In this document: piece after piece, positions 58,875 through 64,000 of the stretch
Numbering within the stretch: position 1 is the first letter of the stretch
How the letters are laid out: each line of letters begins with the position of its first letter
The notes under the pieces: generated by a model
What the model saw: only the letters and a program-made list of their open reading frames with translations
Databases searched by the model: none
Told to the model about the DNA's origin: nothing
Position numbers and translations under genes: made by a program
NCBI GenBank assembly: GCA_011364985.1
Contig: RDOC01000001.1
Span: forward strand, 288,001 to 352,000
Origin: Candidatus Thorarchaeota archaeon
GTDB lineage: Archaea > Asgardarchaeota > Thorarchaeia > Thorarchaeales > Thorarchaeaceae
Length of the DNA: 64,000 nucleotides
Direction: 5' to 3'

Positions 58875-59501
58875 ATGACACCCAAATGGCTGAACGAAGG
58901 CAACCGAGAATACATTGATGTGCACAGCAATCTTCTTGGATACGTCGATGTCTTGAATTTCTTTGAAGAGATTGAACGAGACTTTGACGTCCTGCACTAC
59001 TGCAACGGATCAAATGCAGGAGGCAGGTTTGTATTCCAGATACTCAATCATGAGTTCATTATAGACTTGGCACAGATTGTGAATTCCAAGATACAGAAGG
59101 AGCATATTCTTCTCGAGGTGATGGCCGGAGACGGAAGCCTCACTCGATTTCTGAAGCCGCATATCAGAGCAGAAATGATTGCCACGGATTCCAAGAGAAA
59201 CGTTCATGACATTCCATATCCAAAATGGATTGTTGAATATGAGGCCCTTGATGCCATTGATAGATTCAGACCTGATGCAGTGCTCTTGTCATGGGAGCCT
59301 TTGCTGTCTTCAACAGGGTTAGCGATTTGTGAATCAGGTATTCCTCTGATCTGGATTGGCGACCCGGAAAAATGTGCACCGCACTCGGGCATTTTCGATA
59401 ACGAGCATAAAAAGCTTGGAAACCGGTTCTCGCTGGGAAGATCTGACGAGTTTGCAGAACGCGAGTTTCGCTCTGACATCTATCTCTTCAATTGGCACTA
59501 G
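58875..59501 (+). CDS. Hypothetical protein with SAM-binding Rossmann-like motif
   Basis: LLEVMAGDGSL...IATDS, DAVLLSWEP, LIWIGD. Confidence 0.65.
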   Translation: MTPKWLNEGNREYIDVHSNLLGYVDVLNFFEEIERDFDVLHYCNGSNAGGRFVFQILNHEFIIDLAQIVNSKIQKEHILLEVMAGDGSLTRFLKPHIRAEMIATDSKRNVHDIPYPKWIVEYEALDAIDRFRPDAVLLSWEPLLSSTGLAICESGIPLIWIGDPEKCAPHSGIFDNEHKKLGNRFSLGRSDEFAEREFRSDIYLFNWH

Positions 59502-59616
59502 TTGAAATCCACTCCAGCGGCTGTTCAAGTAGCGTCAGATTCAGGACTCCAAAAATACTGCGTAGCTAACCTTTGTATAGCGGGACTTGCGATAGCGCTA
59601 ATGGTAATTCTTAGTA

Positions 59617-60258
59617 GTGAGCCTCTTCTCTTGGCCTGATATGCACCGCACTATGTATAGTCCCAATGCATACAGGTTCCTCCATTTTATCGAAACTCTT
59701 GAGAGTGATAAAAAGCCGGAGAAGAGAGTTCTGGATTGTGGAGCCGGAGGACCTCGACCACCTCTCGCTCTCTTTCATTTGATGGGCTACGAGACGCATG
59801 GGATAGATATTGCTGAGGCACAAGTAAATAGAGCCTACGATTTTTCAGACAAATACGGTATTGACCTCAATATTCGAATAGGTGATATGAGAGCCCTTGA
59901 CTTTGTAGATGAGTCATTCTCCTGTGTCTACTCGCAGAATTCTATCTTTCATCTTACCAAGTCTGATACAGCCAAAGCAATGATGGAGATGAAACGAGTT
60001 CTCGCGCAAGGAGGGCTTCTCTACGTGAATTTCCTCTCTATTGAGGACCAAGGATACCGCGAAGGAAGGGAGGTGGGCTCAGGCGAGTGGGAGTCAATGG
60101 AATATGGTGAGGTCACAATCCACAGTTTTTACGAAGATAGTGAGCCTGACAAGTATTTCGAGGATGTAGAGATACTGGTGAAGGAGAAGAGAATCATGGA
60201 CCTTCGTACTTACAACCACAAAATGGTGACAATTGAATACATTGCGAGAAGGCCTTGA
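59617..60258 (+). CDS. Class I SAM-dependent methyltransferase (start may be 59641 or 59653)
   Basis: VLDCGAGG, GIDI, GDMRALDF.DESF, RVLAQGG. Confidence 0.88.
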   Translation: MSLFSWPDMHRTMYSPNAYRFLHFIETLESDKKPEKRVLDCGAGGPRPPLALFHLMGYETHGIDIAEAQVNRAYDFSDKYGIDLNIRIGDMRALDFVDESFSCVYSQNSIFHLTKSDTAKAMMEMKRVLAQGGLLYVNFLSIEDQGYREGREVGSGEWESMEYGEVTIHSFYEDSEPDKYFEDVEILVKEKRIMDLRTYNHKMVTIEYIARRP

Positions 60259-60342
60259 TGCAGCATTTGCATTAGCGCGTGTTACACCTATTCATATTAT
60301 GATAATACTGATTCGTTGTATCACTCAGCAGAAGGTCTGGGC

Positions 60343-61284
60343 ATGGTAAAGGCCACGGTGGAAGCACTAGACATTGACCCCAAAACAGGAACAACTCTAG
60401 GATTTTACACCTTCGGGGAAGATAGGCCAAACATCTTGCTGATATCAGCTATGAGTGGGTGGTCAGCGACAGATGTCTATGCAAACTACTTGATGATGAA
60501 GCATATGCGAGATGTGCCACGGATAGACGGATCAGTGACGATACTGCCTGTGGCAAGTCCACTCGCTTTCCGTCTGGGAGTAAAGGTTTCACCACTCGAT
60601 TCCAAGAACATCGACACGGTGTTCCCGGGAAACGAACATGGAACAGTGACAGAAAGAACAGCTTGGGAGATATGGAGACGAGTAGTGCAGGCAGACTATG
60701 TGATTCACCTGCAGACTGGTGAACAGGCCTGTGTTAGTCATGTTACAGCACTTCACAGGGATTACATCCATGTCAGAAATCTCGCGTCCCAAATTGCCCT
60801 TCCGCTAGTAACCCAAGCCTCCGGGAAGAGAGGTACTCTAATCACAGAGGCGGCTCATGAAGGAATCTCAGCAATATGTATTCAGATGAGGGGAGTTAGA
60901 AACGGGGTAGAGCCCCAAGCAGCGGTAGAGGTTCGCGAGGCCATCTTGAATTTCATGCGGATTAAAGATATGATGCCTGGCGAAGGAATCGAAGCCGCTA
61001 GTACTTTCACAGGGATAACAAGACAAGTGAACGTCGGTTCAGAAGGCTTCTTTGTCCCCAGTATCAGACCGGGTGAAGAAGTAATCAGTGGGGACGTAAT
61101 TGGAAGTGTCCAAGACGAGAACGATGTTACTACGCCCTATGATGGTATTGTTGTTTCCATGAGTCAAATGGTCTATGTGTTTGAAGGAGATATGATATCC
61201 GAGATCGCAGCGCGTCTGGTAGAACGTTCAAAGACAAAGGACGATGACATTAATTCGATCCCACAGCCGAGAAGGAAGTGGTAG
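60343..61284 (+). CDS. AstE/AspA (M14-like) fold protein with C-terminal biotinyl-like domain; catalytic residues lost
   Basis: 'PNILLISAMSG', 'GSVTILPVASPLAF', 'NIDTVFPGNEHGT.TER', 'YVIHLQTG'; C-terminal 'EGFFVP...GDVIG...TPYDGIV'. Confidence 0.75.
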   Translation: MVKATVEALDIDPKTGTTLGFYTFGEDRPNILLISAMSGWSATDVYANYLMMKHMRDVPRIDGSVTILPVASPLAFRLGVKVSPLDSKNIDTVFPGNEHGTVTERTAWEIWRRVVQADYVIHLQTGEQACVSHVTALHRDYIHVRNLASQIALPLVTQASGKRGTLITEAAHEGISAICIQMRGVRNGVEPQAAVEVREAILNFMRIKDMMPGEGIEAASTFTGITRQVNVGSEGFFVPSIRPGEEVISGDVIGSVQDENDVTTPYDGIVVSMSQMVYVFEGDMISEIAARLVERSKTKDDDINSIPQPRRKW

Positions 61285-61285
61285 A

Positions 61286-61723
61286 ATGAGTAATACCGCT
61301 GACTGTACAGAACTAGAGCGGCTGATGTGCATCAATGTTGGAGATTCCCGCTTGAGAGAGAGAGGAGAACTCCTCCTAATTGGAAGCTGCATGAACAGCC
61401 GTTTTCCTGATATTGCCAACGAATTCAAAGCGAAAAATGAAGGCAATGCAGTCCTACATGTTTGCTTGGAAGAGACCCATGTGAATCAGGCGGGATTCAA
61501 GATAGCTTCAATAATACGATACTCGAAGATTTCCAAAGTTACAGTCCTCACTATAGATGGAAGTCCACATTGTGTGCAATTGCATTTTGTTGTTGAAGAT
61601 ATTAAGAAGCACTTCACTTCGGAAGTGGAAATCGAGCATTACGTTGTTGAAAGAGGAGAGGCTCTCGAAGTACCTTCGGCTGTTGTCAAACGTGCAAGAC
61701 ACCTTTCGAAAATATCCCTTTGA
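61286..61723 (+). CDS. Small putative Fe-S-binding alpha/beta protein
   Basis: LLIGSC, HVCLE, DGSPHCVQLH, RARHLS; starts 1 nt after the upstream stop. Confidence 0.65.
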   Translation: MSNTADCTELERLMCINVGDSRLRERGELLLIGSCMNSRFPDIANEFKAKNEGNAVLHVCLEETHVNQAGFKIASIIRYSKISKVTVLTIDGSPHCVQLHFVVEDIKKHFTSEVEIEHYVVERGEALEVPSAVVKRARHLSKISL

Positions 61724-62117
61724 ATCTTAATGATGTGAGGAGATTTTATTAAGAGAAGGCTAAATCCTGCAGATTTCTTGTATTCAACATATTCATCGCA
61801 GTAATGAAGGATGAGCTTCTCTTCCTCGTATACAGCAGCGTCAGGGAGTAGTTACAGGCGAGGAGAACTAGTGAACATTATAATGGTTATCAAATGCAAG
61901 CGACATCGTATTCTTGCATGAATCCCATCAGTGATGAGTTCTGGCATCTGATCTGTACTCAGGCACGCAGCAGTACTTACAGACATGATTGTAGTCCAAA
62001 GAGGGCAACTTCAAGATTGAATACCGAATTCTCTGGCATTCAATGACCATTTTGAGATGGGGCACATTCCAATCTTCAACAGCTCAGCAGAAGTACATCT
62101 TGCAACCCTTGCACCAA

Positions 62118-62156
62118 TTTTATAAGGGTCGTATACATTATTAACAATAGTTAATA
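62118..62156 (+). promoter_or_regulatory. TATA box with downstream palindromic operator
   Basis: TTTTATAA at 62118-62125; perfect inverted repeat TATTAAC-AATA-GTTAATA at 62139-62156, over the expected transcription start. Confidence 0.5.
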
Positions 62157-62171
62157 TTAGAAGTGGTTACA

Positions 62172-62738
62172 ATGGAAAAGAATCCTTTCAATGCAATGAT
62201 AATGTCAGAAGACACTATTGTCACTGTGAAAGAGGGTGACAAAGAGAAGCAAGTAGATGCCAAACGCGACAAGATTCGCTATGTCGTGGGTGAGAGCCAA
62301 GAGAAACGATTCGTAGATGGTGGAAACGAAACACTCAAGCCCTTGGAGGACAAGACTGTCTATCTCGTACCAGCAATTCATAGACTTCCAGGAGACCCCT
62401 TCCACTACGATGCAACAATGGTGGAGAGAGTCGCTGGAAAGCATCAACTAGATGCAGCGACAAGGCTACTGAATCGCCATCCCGCCTGCGAATCTCATAA
62501 TGTGATCGAAATCACCTATGAAAGCCCCGGTGTAGAATGCTGTACCATGACGAAGGAAGAGGCTGACAATACACAAGTACCTCTCCAATACGTCGCAGGC
62601 TACTATCTTGGAAAGAAGAACGGCCTTCTAAAGATCGCGTTGTCCAAGACTACAATAGAAGAATCGGGAAAGACATACTATGACAACATCCGGGTGATTC
62701 CGGAAGCAGTGGTCAAAGAGATGAACTGCCTGGAGTAG
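62172..62738 (+). CDS. Hypothetical protein, C-terminal half possibly an Sm-like beta fold
   Basis: Clean ORF with its own TATA box; 'VIEITY...VAGYYLGKKNGLLKIA...IRVIPEAVVKEM'. Confidence 0.7.
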   Translation: MEKNPFNAMIMSEDTIVTVKEGDKEKQVDAKRDKIRYVVGESQEKRFVDGGNETLKPLEDKTVYLVPAIHRLPGDPFHYDATMVERVAGKHQLDAATRLLNRHPACESHNVIEITYESPGVECCTMTKEEADNTQVPLQYVAGYYLGKKNGLLKIALSKTTIEESGKTYYDNIRVIPEAVVKEMNCLE

Positions 62739-62768
62739 ACATTTCGATACTGGCTCATGGAAACCATT

Positions 62769-62840
62769 GGTGAACACTCAATGCCGCAAGTATGGCTTGA
62801 TCCACACAGCCATAAGGGAGGATTCTATTGAGTGTTCACC
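62769..62840. repeat. Perfect 14-bp inverted repeat with nested 7-bp hairpin
   Basis: GGTGAACACTCAAT (62769-82) / ATTGAGTGTTCACC (62827-40); inner TATGGCT (62791-97) / AGCCATA (62808-14). Confidence 0.85.
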
Positions 62841-62922
62841 CACATGTTTTCTTCAGTCTGACAAAGGGTTCGGCTGAATCCATGTCGGAGAATAAACACG
62901 ATCTATTCATAGATGCTTAGAC

Positions 62923-62929
62923 TTATATA
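62923..62929 (+). promoter_or_regulatory. Probable TATA box of tfb
   Basis: TTATATA about 113 nt upstream of ATG 63042; SD-like AGGTGA at 63031-63036. Confidence 0.5.
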
Positions 62930-63041
62930 CGAAAACAATAGCGCCTCCTGACACTCCCTAATTGGGGGCCGGTTTTAACCATTGATTGGTAGCCACCATA
63001 TTCTCGGCCACATCCCAACGGGAAAAGACAAGGTGAAACCT

Positions 63042-63986
63042 ATGGCAAAGCCAGTTCGCTCAATGAACGAAAGGCAGAGAGGCATGAAAGTCTGTTCTAT
63101 TTGTGGCGCCGATAAATTCTACGAAGATTTGTCCCGTGGTGAGAGTATTTGCACATCGTGTGGATGTGTGATTACTGAGAGGATTATTGATAATGGCCCA
63201 GAATGGCGCGCCTTTACTTCTGAAGAAAGAGATGCCAGAGCTCGAACCGGTTCTCCTGCAACCCTTACTATGGCTGACAAGGGACTCGCAACAACCATTG
63301 GCTGGAGCGACAGAGATGCAAATGGTCGAGCAATTGCCGCAAGCTCACGTGCAGCTATTTACAGGATGCGTAAATGGCAGATTCGAACTCTAGTCCATAG
63401 TTCGCAGCATCGAAACCTCAGTATTGCCATGAGCGAGATGGACCGCCTTACTTCACAATTGGGAGTCCCCCATGAAACAAAGGAGACCTCAGCCCTCATC
63501 TACAGAAAGGCCCTTTCAAAGAGGCTTGTCAGAGGACGAAGCATTGAGGGCATGGTTGCGGCTACTATATACTTGTCATGCAGAATTCATAAGATTCCAA
63601 GGCAGCTGGATGAAATTGTGACCGAGGCGAGAGTCAACAGAAAGGAGCTTGGTCAGTGTGTCAGACTGATTCTTCGGAACGTTGATGTTAAAGTTCCAAT
63701 TCCATCTGCAAATGACCTAATGCCGAGGATATCCGCAGATCTTGGACTTGATGGCAAAACTGTACAGACAGCTATGGGAATCATAAATGATGCCAGAGAA
63801 AGAGGCATTACTGCCGGGAAAGACCCTGGTGGACTTGCAGCTGCTGCCCTCTATATTGCAGGCATTATTACCAATGACCGTCGTACTCAGAGGGAAATTG
63901 CCGAGGCATCAAACGTAACAGAGGTCACTGTGAGAAATAGATACAAGGACCTCGCAAGTAGCCTTCAAATCACAATCAAGCCGTAG
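63042..63986 (+). CDS. tfb: Transcription initiation factor IIB (TFB)
   Basis: Zn ribbon CSIC...CTSCG, B-reader GPEWRAF, two cyclin repeats (RGRSIEG, GKDPGGLAAAALY), TEVTVRNRYK. Confidence 0.97.
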   Translation: MAKPVRSMNERQRGMKVCSICGADKFYEDLSRGESICTSCGCVITERIIDNGPEWRAFTSEERDARARTGSPATLTMADKGLATTIGWSDRDANGRAIAASSRAAIYRMRKWQIRTLVHSSQHRNLSIAMSEMDRLTSQLGVPHETKETSALIYRKALSKRLVRGRSIEGMVAATIYLSCRIHKIPRQLDEIVTEARVNRKELGQCVRLILRNVDVKVPIPSANDLMPRISADLGLDGKTVQTAMGIINDARERGITAGKDPGGLAAAALYIAGIITNDRRTQREIAEASNVTEVTVRNRYKDLASSLQITIKP

Positions 63987-64000
63987 TAGAGGAAATGCTT

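Noticed and set aside
61926-61952. C-box (GTGATGA) and D-box (CTGA) pair in the 61.7-62.1 kb spacer
   Set aside because: Only about 9 nt separate the boxes, with no C'/D' boxes or guide regions and a poor terminal stem.
1-64000. CRISPR arrays, tRNA/rRNA genes, transposases or integrases
   Set aside because: No regularly spaced repeats, cloverleaf or rRNA signatures, or recombinase motifs were seen by eye; tRNAscan/Infernal were not run.

Overview
Archaeal chromosomal window: archaeal-type LeuRS, TFB, SAMP/MoaD and W/Mo aldehyde:ferredoxin oxidoreductases. Gene content and style suggest an Asgard (Thorarchaeia-like) genome, which is inference only. About 0.5-33 kb is a large surface-glycosylation locus with 8 GT4 and 2 DPM1-like GT2 glycosyltransferases, 4 large multi-pass GT-C-like proteins (one PIG-M/GT87-like), 2 flippases, an epimerase and a nucleotidyltransferase. 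The left end of this locus holds the most striking element: a coupled GT4 - intact MurA - FrhB/BciB-like Fe-S flavoprotein - flippase cassette with a nearby CapK-like adenylating enzyme. This could be a MurB-independent route to a lactyl-ether (muramic-acid-like) sugar in an archaeal glycan. About 35-55 kb holds a probable anaerobic nucleobase-catabolism neighbourhood (two AOR/WOR modules, a PreA-like flavoprotein lacking its catalytic Cys, a cyclic amidohydrolase, an MTA/SAH-deaminase-like protein, a degenerate YgeW-like transcarbamylase, a PAS kinase). Other observations: two genes appear to need non-canonical starts (ACG, CTG), two apparent pseudoenzymes, an unannotated 59-aa Cys-rich ORF, and structured RNA candidates upstream of tfb. 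No rRNA, tRNA, CRISPR array or transposase was recognised.
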